From: Rhizaria sp. SCN 62-66
Taxonomy: Eukaryota
Reading direction: 5' to 3'
DNA: 64,000 bases
Assembly: GCA_001724265.1 (NCBI GenBank)
Contig: MEDY01000157.1
Coordinates: 1-64,000, forward strand
This document shows, in pieces, positions 38,472-49,700 of the stretch. Within the stretch, counting starts at the first letter, position 1. The number at the start of each line of letters is the position of its first letter. Both the position numbers and the translations under genes were made by a program. The notes beneath the pieces were generated by a model. It made no database searches. It saw only the letters and a program-made list of their open reading frames with translations, and was not told where the DNA came from.

Positions 38472-39618
38472 TCAACGCGAGCTGACGCTGAGGTAAAGCA
38501 CGATGATGACCATAGCGACAACCATGCAACAGAAAATACAGCACATGCGCTGGCGCTTCTGCATCAAATACCGGTTGCTCTGCTCAATATCCTGACTCGC
38601 CTCGACCGCGCCCAGCTTCACGTTGCCGATGTTCGCTTCGAGGTCGTCGAAGACGCTGCTCGCGCTAGAGATCAGGTCCCCGATTTGCGAAATCATCGAG
38701 TGCATCGAGACGGCGTCGCGCGCAACAACCTGGATACGCTACGCGCGGTGCTTCGTCATGCCCAGCACGAACTCGGTCTCGATCTGCGTCTTCTCGTCCA
38801 CCAACAGGCCTTGCGCCTCGCTGAGCAAAGATCCCAAAATATAGCAAAAAAGGAAAATATATACACAATTATGCAGGCGTGAGTGCCGGATATGTTTACC
38901 ACAAATAGACAACACAATTATATATATGACTCTATAGTTTGGGCGGAGGATATAACGATACCATGAAGATATGTGCTCTTATGTGACTGGAGACGTACGT
39001 TTGCTGTTGCAGCTGCGAGTGGTTGCCATGGCTGTAGTAGTCGTCGTCGCTGCCGCGGCCGCCGTCGCGCACTGTGGCCCGCTCCTGCGCCAGCGCAGCC
39101 GCGTTGGCCTTGCCCTGTGACGGCGCCTGCTGCGCCTGCTGCTGCTGCTGCTGCTGCTGTTGGCGCTGCTGGTGCTCCACTGCGACGGAAGTAAGGTCGT
39201 CGAACGAGTCGTCGGGGTCAGCGTATACCTACAAAAACGTCGTAAACAGGACAAGGCAATAATAAATCAGCACAAAGAGGTACACAGCAACGATGTACAA
39301 AACAAAGCTATTGTACTTGAGTTTTAGCTCCATACGGGTTGATTCGTGTTGCGAAGTGTGATGTTTCGCTCGTACCTGAATCGCGCCCGCAGGCATTGCC
39401 TTCTTGTTGCGGCCGGCCGCTGTCGCCGCACTCGTCGTGCCGGCCGCCACGGCCGCAGTGTACTGGTTATGAGCGGCTGATGAGGATGACGCGTTGGCGT
39501 TCGCGGGCACGGGGTCAGAGACGAGCGAGCTGCGGAGGCGTGCGAGGAGCTCGCTGTCGTTGACGCTCTCGCTGTCGTCGCCGTTGTCGTAGATGTCAGG
39601 GCCTGCGTGGTGGCTCAT
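38472..39618 (-). CDS. Syntaxin-like (Qa-type) SNARE, ~273 aa, 3 exons, 1 in-frame TAG
   Basis: Exons 39618-39376, 39228-38999, 38820-38472 join in frame. SNARE helix RA*RIQVVARD...FDDLEANI...ASQDIEQS, basic juxtamembrane KRQR, Cys-rich C-terminal TM segment. TAG at 38739-38741. Stop TGA. Confidence 0.82.
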
Positions 39619-40412
39619 GGCTCGGAAACAAGGCACAACCCGTGCGAGGTGAAAGCCAGTTGGGTGTGCTTCGTGAGGAGTTGTTGGTCGGGTAGGAGAG
39701 GGTGCCTGGAGCGGGATGAAGGGCAGGGGGGGTCCATATGACGCAGACAAGGAGACTTGTGAACACATTTGAAGGCGAAGGCATGTCTATCTACATGTAT
39801 AAATACGTTGTCGTATGAAAAGCAAAAGCGAAACCCACATACTATCGCGCGAGAGTAAAATAACGAAGTGTCGCGGCACAACAGAAGAGTTTCGAGCTGC
39901 TGACCGACTGGTGGTTGTTGTGGCCTACGACCGTGGCAGGGTCGACGCAGAGATCACCACACACGAGTTGAGAGCTCGAGCGAGTTCAAATCTTTGAGCA
40001 ATCTATCGGAAATGGTACGTCAAATGCGGAGTGGCTATATGTTTTTACAGACCAAAACGTCGATCTTAACATTTATATTGATTCAATTTGCTCTTGGCGA
40101 ATGATTTTGAGTGCGAATTCAAGAGTGATCCGAGTCAGACCCCTGCTGCCTTGTTCCCGAAGATCCGCTGCTTTTCTCTTTATTTCTCCGTGTCAGTTGC
40201 TCTGTTGCAGCACAAAGAGGCTAGTTTATGCCATGGAGTAACTACCTTACGCCATGTGGATCACTTACTTTTGCGTCACTTTGCGGCGGTTTAAGACGTC
40301 AACAATACGCCGTATCTCAACTGACCCTCGACCTGCTTAGTTTCACTCTCATCGCCGCTGACTTTTCTCCGTTTCATTCATTCCGTAGATCGTCGTTAAC
40401 GCCTTCAAGCAC

Positions 40413-41232
40413 ATGTGGAAGCACGGTACGTTATAAGTTCACTCTTAACAAAACCGCATACCCTTGTTTCATCTCACGAAAACGTGCATTTCGTAGGTTT
40501 TTCATCTCGGCCTGCCCGTATCTGCGACGTCTCACTTATGCTCACTTCCCTACGTTTCTTGCTATTATATCATCATTTTTCAACTCCATCTCAGGCAAGG
40601 CCGCGTCCAGCAACTCGCTGTGGAAGCCCGAGTTCGGCACTCTGTACGACATCCCCACCAAGGACGTCCGCGGCCGCGACTTCGACATGTCGTCCCTCAA
40701 GAACAAGGTCGTCCTCATCGTCAACTCTGCCGCAAAGTGCGGCTACACTAAGGACGGCTACACCAACATGACCGCGCTGCACAACAAGTACGCCGAGTCC
40801 GGACTCCAGGTCCTTGCCTTCCCCTGCAACCAGTTCGGCCAGCAGGAGCCCGGCACGCCCGAGGAGATCACCGACTTCGTGTGCGAGCGCTTCAAGGGCA
40901 AGTTCCCGCTCATGGAGAAGGGCGACGTCAACGGCGAGCACGAGCAGCCCGTCTACACCTGGCTCAAGAAGTCCTTCCCGGGCGACATCACGTGGAACTT
41001 CGCCGCCAAGTTCCTCATCAACCACGAGGGCGTGCCCATCGCGCGCTTCGAGAAGGAGGGCTGGGAGGCGATCGAGGACAAGATCAAGCTCGCCATCGCA
41101 GACAAGGACGAGGCCTCCAAGCACGCCGCCGCCGACGCTGCTGCCGCCCCCGCTGCTGCTGCCGCCCCCGCTGCTGCTGCTGAGGTCCCCAAGGCCGAGG
41201 ACGCTGCTCCTGCCCCCGCCAAGGCGGAGTAA
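40413..41232 (+). CDS. Cys-type glutathione/thioredoxin peroxidase (GPx family), ~216 aa
   Basis: VVLIVNSAAKCGYT, LAFPCNQFGQQEPG, ITWNFAAKFLI. Micro-exon 40413-40425 (MWKHG) spliced via GTACGT...CAG to 40595. An additional upstream exon is possible (acceptor-like site at 40388). Stop TAA. Confidence 0.93.
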
Positions 41233-41635
41233 GTTCGCCACTCAAATGTGCCCCCTGTCTTCTGTCAAAAGTCCTTTGCTCGCTTGCCAAGAGCGTGCTT
41301 ATGACGAGTTTTGCTACGACATCCCTCCAGTTCCGTGTCAGGCACTCTGTTGCTATCATCTGATTGTTGAAAAGTCTGACTGGGTTAGGCCTGATGCACG
41401 TCGCGCAACCTTCAAGAAACGAATACATTCATTATGCACTCACAATTGTTTTGAAGTGTCTATTGACAATGATAGATGAGAGTTTGTATCAATTATTGAT
41501 AATAATAAACTTTGTAAATAAATAGAGAAACAACGACTTGAATATGACCGATTTTGTCGCAACAACGTCGCTGCGGTCGCGCTGAGTCGTTTGAACCGTT
41601 GCGCTCACCGACAAAGAGCGCGAAGTCGACCTCGC

Positions 41636-41910
41636 TCAGTTCTTGCCCTTCTTCTGCACCGGGCCCAACACTGCGGCCATGATCTCGGCCACAACCTTGG
41701 GGTTCGCCTCTCCGCCGCCCGCGCCGGCCTCGGCCTGGACCTTAGAGAGCCGGATGGCCTGACCGCACAGGAAGCCGAGCATGTTTGTGCGGCCGGCGCG
41801 GTACTTGGCAACCTCGTCCTCGTACACAGTCACAATCTGCTCGCACAGCGCGCGGAGGCGGGTCTCGTCCGAGTCCAGTACCATGCCGCGCTCCTGGTAA
41901 GAGAGAGAGA

Positions 41911-41950
<40 letters not shown>

Positions 41951-44236
41951 TGAGTTCAGCAAAACAAAAGAGTGTGCGTTGAGGATAGGTTGCAAGAGAA
42001 TTTTACGATGAAAAAAAACAACAACAAAAAAACAGGCACTGGCGAGATAAAATACACATATAGTTCGTTTTCTTTTTCTTTTTCTCTCGTAAATCAAGAC
42101 GTACCTGCGCAATCTCCGCGGGACTGCGTGTGTCGTTCTGAAACACCATGGCGTCCAGCAACTCCTTGGCCTGCTTGCCGGAGACCGCTCCGCTCGACAC
42201 CAGGTCAATGAGCGCGCCGAGCCGGGCGGGGCAGACGGGCGAGGTCAAGAGCACGTCGCGGACACCGCCCTCGGCGCCCTCATCAGCCTCGCCAGCATTC
42301 GTCGTATTGTTGTTGTTGTTGCTGCTGCTGCTGTTGCTAGACTCGAGTGCTTGCGCTTGTAGCGCCATCGCACCGCCCCTGGTCTCGGCGACGCCGGGCC
42401 CGCGCAGCTTCTTCAGCTTGCCCAGCAGCTCGCTGCAGAGCCAGCCCCAACACACGCGCGCCGGCCGCGCCAGCGTCGCCGCCACGCCGGCGGCCCCGTC
42501 CCCGTGCGGCTTAACTTCCCTCCGCAGCACGTCGTCGTCGCCGTCGCCGACAAGCGCGCGCAGGAACGCCGCCGCACCGGGCTCCTGCAGCAGCAGCGCG
42601 GCCTCCGCGCGCGCAAGCCCGTAGCCGGGGCCCGTAAAGCGCGCGAAGAGCGCGTCGGGCAGCGGCGGCAGCGAGGCGGCCTGGCCCTCCACCCAGTCGC
42701 GTGCGAGCCGCAGCGGCGGCAGGTCCGGCTCGGGCAGGAAGCGGTAGTCGAGCAGGTCTTCCTTGGCGCGCAGGCGGGCCGTTTCGCCCGACTTGGAGTC
42801 GAAGGAGCGGGTCTCACGGTCGACCGCCTCGCCGGCCTCGGTCAGAGTCGCCTGTCGAAAAGAAATTGAGAATGTGAACATGAGCGCTTATAAGAAGGCG
42901 TTGCAATAGATATAATTTATATAAATAATCACAATTTGATATCTTCACACCAAGACTTAATCTTGCTTTCTAAAGCTAAGTTCTCCATAACGTGTCGTTA
43001 GACGGTTGTTAAAACCGACTGCGTTGTTTATAATTTACTTACCTGACGGTGGTATTCGTAGTTGATGGCGCGCGCAATGGCGCGCAGCGAGTTCATGTTC
43101 TTGAGCTCCACGCGGCCGGTCATGGGGCCCACGGTCACCCCGCCCGTGCGGTCGGACGGGAACATCTCAGACGCACCACTGTTCTCATTCTCAGTCGATT
43201 TCACAGCAGCAGCGTTGCCGTTGCTCGCGGCCGTCTCCTCGGGGGTGTAGCGGCGGCGGACGGTGACGTTGATGTCGCAGCGCAGCGTGCCGTCCTCCAT
43301 GCTCGCGCCTGAGGCTCCCACGCAGCGCAGCAGCTGTTGGAGCGACCGGAGATACGCTACGGCCTCGTCCGCGCTGCGCATGTCGGGCTCGGTGACGATC
43401 TCGAGCAGCGCGGAGCCGGCGCGGTTGAGGTCCACGTGGCTCAGCCCGGGCGCCACGTCGTGCAGCGACTTGCCAGAGTCCTGCTCCAGCTGGATCCGCG
43501 CAATGCGCACACTCTTCCCCGTAGCAGCAACTGTCGCGGCCGTCGTGGAGTTTGCCTTCGCTTTGCCGTTGGCGTTGCCAGTGATCTGGGTCGGGGGGCA
43601 GATGCCCGTGGCGACCGCGAGCGCGGTGGCCGCGGGCGAGGGCGGGGGCAGGAAGGCGTCGACGGAGAGCGCGCCGCCGGTGACAATGGGCGCCAGCTGC
43701 TGCGTGATTTGGTATCCGAGCGGCATGTCGCAGTAGAAGTAGTGCTTGCGGTCAAAGAGTGTCGTCTCGGCCACGGTCCCGCCCAGCGCGAGCCCCGTCC
43801 TGGCGGCAGCCGCGACGCAGTGCGCGTTCAGCCTCGGGAGCGCGCCGGGAACAGCGGCGTCGAGCAGCGCAACGCACGAGTTGGGCGCGGCGTGAAACGA
43901 GGTGCTCGCGCTCGAGAAGAGCTTCGTGTTGGCCAGCACCTGTGCGTGCGTTTCGATGCCGATCCAGAGCTCGTACTTGGACCGGATATCGCTTGTGTCA
44001 GCTGTCGGGGGCTGCTTCGCGAGGTGCGCGGTCGAAGCGGAGGCGGTAGGTGCATTATAACCCGTTTTGCGAGACGCAGGGGCCGGGGCGGCTGCGTCTG
44101 CTGTGGAGCTAGCCGCTGCTGCAGCAGCGGTGGCGTTTGTGCGACGCCCCGTGTTGCTGTGTGCCAGGACGGAAGTGCGGAAAAGTGTGGCGCAACGGGT
44201 GCGCGTGGCCGCGGCGAGGGACGGGCGCGAGAGCAT
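41636..44236 (-). CDS. GATB: Mitochondrial Glu-tRNA(Gln) amidotransferase subunit B, ~732 aa, 3 exons
   Basis: Exons 44236-43043, 42851-42105, 41893-41636. IGIETHAQV, FDRKHYFYCDMPLGYQITQ, QLEQDSGKS, DLNRAG, RVELKNMNS, DYRFLPEPDLPP; Arg/Thr/Ala-rich presequence. Stop TGA. Confidence 0.96.
41900..41947. repeat. (GA)n microsatellite forming the polypyrimidine tract of GATB intron 2
   Basis: About 24 GA units with one GT interruption, next to the acceptor at 41894. Confidence 0.95.
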
Positions 44237-44608
44237 TGCGGATGCTTGCGAGTGCGTTTGTACGCCGCTGTATAGTGACTTACCAAGCGATTGTTGCGTG
44301 GAGTGCCGGCTTGAACACAGAACTTTAACAAAGAGGTTCGAGACCTATACAAAGGCACGCCAATGTTTAAAGAAGAAAACAGTAAGTATATGCAAGGAAA
44401 TATCGCGAAAACGCAACAGTGTTGCTATCAACGGAAGCTGTGGGTCATGAGAGATGTGCTTCGAAATGTTAGATGAGGGAGACTGGTCGGACCGAAAAAC
44501 TCAAACGCGGGTCGCCCATCGTCGATCGATGAACATGTGGTGGGCCTCAAAACGTGTCTTTTTTGACACTTAACGCGACATTGACGTCATCTCATTTGCA
44601 GATCAAAC

Positions 44609-46188
44609 ATGTCTGCCGATTCACCAAATCGTACGTATTCAATTTTGCTATCTAACGTTGCATCACCCTTATGTACCCGCTTTTCATGGCTGACCTCGCT
44701 TGGTTTCACCTTACGCCCTTCTCATGCCCCACTTTCCCCTGCTTTGTCGTCTCTATAGCGTCTCGCCAACGGCCCTGGGAGCGTTCCCAAACAATATTGA
44801 CTAACTCTACGGCTAAGACTCGAGTCTTAGTTCCCTCCGGTGTCGCCGCTGCCACCTACGGCCCCCTCCCGCCCTCCGCCGCCACCGCCGCCGCAATCGC
44901 ATCCAGCTCGACCCAGTCCGCCTCTAGCTCCAGCTCCAGCTCGAGTTTGGGTTCCGGCTCCGGTCTCGGCGCTGTCTCCTCGGCCAAGGGTGCATTTGTG
45001 GCGGCGATGCCGACGCATCTCTACAGCGACACCTTGCAGACCTCTGTCGACATCGCCCCCGTCAAGCCGGCACCTTTGACCAACAACAACAACGGCAGCA
45101 ACGGCGGCGGCAACAGCTACATGTACGACTCGGCCTCTGCGTCCTGCCCGTCATCGGCGCTGACGGACGCCTCCAGCTCTGCTCCGAGCAGTTTTCCGCT
45201 GATCGCCAACCCCGCCACGGGTGCCGGCCTAGTGTCTCCGCTAGCGCCCTTCAGCCCCAACTCTACCGCGAGCTCCGCCTCCGCGACCGCGGCTATCGGC
45301 GGCGCCGCGGGCGCGGGCTCGGTGCCGCTATCCTCGCTGCTCCCGGCACCGCCGCTGCCGCTGGCGCGCGCGCAGGCTACGGCGCACGCGCTGCAGCTCG
45401 TGCTGGGCTCGGCCTCGACGGCGCTGGCCAACGCGCTCACGGTCATCCACCAGGCCCTCACGCTGCAGACAGAGGTGACGGCGCTGCTGCGCTCGCTGTT
45501 CGTCGTCAGGGCCGCCGTTGCCGTCATTACCACGGCGGCGCGGCTTCTGCGGCGGCTGCTGCGCGGCATCGGCGCCGCCACGGGTGCTCTCTTGGGCATC
45601 GATAGTCGCACTGCGCAGTACTTGACATCATCTTCATCGTCAGCGTCGTCTAAAGGTGCATTTGAGAGCGCGTGGTCGGCCGCGAACAAGCTAAGCCGCC
45701 ACTCGAGCCCTTACAGCACTGCGCAACTGCCGTACGGCCCCGCCGGCACTTACATGGGCGCTGCGGCTTCCACTTACACCGGCGGTGCGCACGGTCACTT
45801 GGCGCGGCGCTCCGGGCTGCGGGGGCTGGTGACCGTGGGCGGCGCCGTGAAGGCGGTGGCGGCTGCGGCGGTGGTCTGGGGCTGCGTCTACGGCTGGTCG
45901 TGGCCCTCGAACCCCGGCAGCAACAACAACAACAACAGCAACAGCACTGCCGGGAGCTGTCACTTGTCTAACAGCAACGGTAGCGCACACGCTCTGACTC
46001 AGGCGAGCACTGACGCATCGACTACTGCGACTGCGAGTCTTCATATCAATGCTAGTAATGCGAGTCAGTCGAGTGCGACTGCGAGCGTTACCAATTTTAT
46101 CAGCAAGAGTAACAGTGGAGTCTTAGAGAGTGCTTGGCAAACGTCCGTTGTGAACAACAATGGCAATAAGCAGCAACATCCGAAGTAA
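44609..46188 (+). CDS. PEX13-like peroxisomal membrane protein (no SH3 seen), ~483 aa, 2 exons
   Basis: Exons 44609-44630 and 44759-46188 give MSADSPNPSRQRPWER, resembling the PEX13 N-terminal KPWE motif. A low-complexity region, a long amphipathic helix and a hydrophobic segment follow. Stop TAA. The gene model is solid; the product is tentative. Confidence 0.5.
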
Positions 46189-46756
46189 GCGCAGCCATGT
46201 CTGTCGCCACACTTTGTTATGACGCTCAACTGGCTACCTGCCTGTTTTATCTGTCGTTCATGATTGTGATCCAGAGACAAGATTTTACTTAATTTAAATG
46301 TTGCATTTCATTGCGAAAGTGTCGCAGAGATGGATGAAAAACATGTTTACATAGAAGATTCATTAATATTTAATACATATTTATCAACTCATCTTGAATA
46401 CGTGTTATATAGTACTCCTTGTGCGTGCTAGTGTGAATGCTGCGTCAATTCATGTGGTATGCACTGTATGTGGCTTGAGCTAGCTCTACACAGCAACAAA
46501 AATAGACAACCGACTGCTATGGCGCTTTATCAATATCTCCTTCAAAGAACCGTTATGTAACCCACGCACACCACATGATATTTTCGACGGCAGAGAAAAT
46601 GTATTATTTCAATAATGTTGTGATTGTTTCTCATCTTGTCCCTCTATTTCGTAATATGAACATGCCAGTTCGTTACTCCTCCAAACTTGACCTTTCCTCC
46701 TTCCCACAGCCACCTAGCCAGCCGCGGAGTCTGTTTCTTCCTGCGTGCTTTATTAT

Positions 46757-49700
46757 ATGAGTGCCCCCGGTTACATTCTTCCAGGCATGACTTCTTTGGT
46801 CTCATCCGACGTAGTTCTGACCCCCGGTTTGAACCCGAAGCCAGGCTACTTTCAACACCCTCGCTCCGTGTCATTCCCCACTCCCATCCCACCACCCGCG
46901 GCCCCCGTTGGCGGTCCTGGCGCTGACTCGTCCCGCGACCCCTCAGCCACGCTTTCCGCGGACGTGTACGTTGCGCCCAATTCCGCGCTCGTGCTCGGCT
47001 CACGGCCAATGACGTCTCACGGCGCCGGCAGCGGCCGCAGCGCCGCTGCGTCAACCAACGCTGCTCCTAGCGGCGCCAGCGCGTTTGTCCCGGGCCCCGC
47101 GCACAGGATTCAGGCGTGCGGGTTCACCCGGCCCCTGACCGCGCGCACGGCGACTGCTACAAAGGGCGAGCAGGCGCTCAAGGCGTCCTACAACTCTCTC
47201 GCCCCTCCGCAGACCAATAACAACCACTTCCATCCCCACGTAAGCGCTATCCCTGCTGCAAGCACTGGATCCCACGGTGTTGCGAGTGGCACGGGTACCG
47301 CCGGCTTTAGTGGCTTGGCCCACGCGTCACCGCTAGTTGCAGCGGGCGCCTTTGGCCCGCCCAAGCCCGCCACGCAGCGCCATAGTACCGAGCCGGGCGG
47401 CAGCATCAGCGCTGCCGCTCACAATAGCAATAGTGCGTCCCACAGCAGCTCACAGTCTCTGTCTGCGATGTACCCGTACTCTTCCAGCAGTACGAACGCA
47501 GCAGCGACCAGCTCGTTTGCGCAGACGGCGCGGGCCGTCTCGGAGGCGCATCACACGGTGTTGGCCGCGGCAGGCGTGAACCTGCGCGGCAACGCGGGCG
47601 CTCCCGTGAGTAGCGCTCCTGTGCCTAGCAACAGCTCAAGCGATGTTGGCACCGTGTTTGTGAGCTCGCAGTCACTAACGCACTACCCTTCTGGAGGCGC
47701 GTACAATGCCCCAGCTTCCCCCAACAAAGTCAGCGTCCATGCGGCGAGTGCGAAACTCGCCAGCTACACCCCGGGCGCTCTGGCCCGCCCCCACACCGCG
47801 AACGCGAGCGGACCGGAGACGGCAGCGCTGCTGTCAGAACTAGCACTGGCTTCGCCGTTTGCAGCGCTGCCAGCACACCCACTCTCTGCCACATTCGCCT
47901 CAGCAACAAACAATAGTAACTGCAACATTGCGGGCTTTGGAGACACTGCTCCTCAGCAGCAGCAACGCAATCTGTCTCAGTCTCAGTCGCTGTCGCGGCC
48001 GCGGACAACAACTTCTGCCGCCGGCACTCGTTACTTCAACCATAACAACAGCAAGATGCCCACTGCGAACGCTGATAAAACCAGCAGCACTGCACTGTCT
48101 CGGCCTCAGACGACTGGCCTCGGCAGCAGTCGCCTCGCCGGGACTACGACTGCAGCATCCGAGGCCAAGACTGCGAATAAGCCGGGCGGTGCGACTGTGG
48201 GCGAGTCCGCCCTTCGCCTGGGCCTCGGCGTCCCCTCGTTCTCCTGCAGCGGCCCCGCGGGCCTGCTCATCGACGCGGCCGAGTCCGCCGGGTTGAGCAC
48301 CGGGATGCTGCTGTCGTCGTACCTCAGGGGGGCGGACGGAAGTCAAGCCGCTAACGATCCGGAACGCGAGGGACACCACTTAGACCCGGTCGATGTAAGT
48401 ACCCCCTTAGAGGGCGCGAGCACCATCCGCGAGCCCGACGTCGCTGCGACCACGCCGAGCAACGGCGCCAACGGCTCTGCAGCCGCCGCTGCCGCTGCGC
48501 ACAGTCACCTGTTCCCGCTCTCCGCTGCTGCTGTGGCCGCTTCCGTCACTGCGCCCTATCGCCCGCTGTCGCATGCGAACCACCACAAACGCTTTTTCAC
48601 GCACACGTACAACAACACGAACAACACAAACGTCTTCAATCCCAGCGATAGTGGTATCAACGACGCGACTGCGCCCAGCCAGTCTGCGGCCGCTGGCCTC
48701 GTGCTTTCCGCCCACGGCCACGCCGTCCGCGCGCCCCGCTACCCCTCGGCCGCCGCGGCCAACGCCGCCGCCGCCGCGGCCTCCTCCGCCGCCGCCACTG
48801 CGAGCCTGCTACTGACGCCCGCGCCCGCGGCCGTGGCGAGAGCGCCGGCAGGGCTCTCGGTCTCCGGCGCCGGACGCAGCGGCGGCGCTGGCCTGGGCGG
48901 GCAGCAGTCGCTTGCAAGCGAACTATCGCTGTCGATCGCGATGCTCCACGCTCTCCTGGGCAAGTCTGACCCCAGTTTGACTGCAGCGGCGTCTACACCC
49001 GCGTTGACGGCGCCGCTAGCGAGCTCGCTCTCGGGATTTGTGTCTCCGTTGCTTGCGTTGGAGGCCCAGTTGAGCGAGATCCTTGACTCGGACGTGCGTT
49101 CGCGCGAGATTTCGGCGCGCGTGCAGTCGTTTGCGCACGCCACAGGCCAGGGCAGCGAGACTGTGCTGGCTAATCTGGTCACAAAGTTCAGTCAATACTA
49201 CAACAAACACTTCTCGACTCACAACAGCACGAACACAAGCAAGCCCGGACCTATCACCCATGGAGCTACTGCTGAGCAGAAGCAGCAGTCTGACCAAGAG
49301 GGCAAGAGCAGCAGCGACCGCGACAACAGCACTGTCCTGACTGTTCACAGTGACCCGGCTAATGCGACCAAACCGGTTCCGCCCCCGATACCCCCGCCGG
49401 CGCCGTCGACGTTCCACACCATGGCGCTGGCCTGCCTTGCCGCGCCCGCCGTCGCCGCCCTGCGCGCCCACCTGCCGCCCGCCCACAGCCGCCGGCTCCT
49501 CGGCCTCTGGCGGCGCGTGCTGCGCGGTGTGTTTTGCGTCGGCAGCGACCGGGCGCTGCGGTGGGCGCTGGCCGAGTCCGCCGCCACGGCCGCCGCGGTC
49601 GCTGCGGCGGGCAGGGCGACTGTGGGCAGCGGTAAGGGAGGCTACGGCGGCGGCGGCGGCGGCGGCGCGGCGACGAATGCGGCGGCGGCGGTGGCGACTG

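Noticed and set aside
40228-40594. N-terminal extension of GPx in the 334 aa track ORF (similar extensions at 44671, 9748, 12981 and 63334)
   Set aside because: Open frames running through introns or UTR; spliced or shorter models fit better.
41636-44236. GATB as the machinery behind UAG=Gln decoding
   Set aside because: It has a mitochondrial presequence and serves organellar Gln-tRNA formation; proximity is probably coincidental.
44290-44350. GGTTCGAGACC T-loop-like sequence (also GAGTTCAAATC near 39982) as a possible suppressor tRNA
   Set aside because: I could not build an acceptor stem, D arm or anticodon arm; no tRNA is supported in this window.
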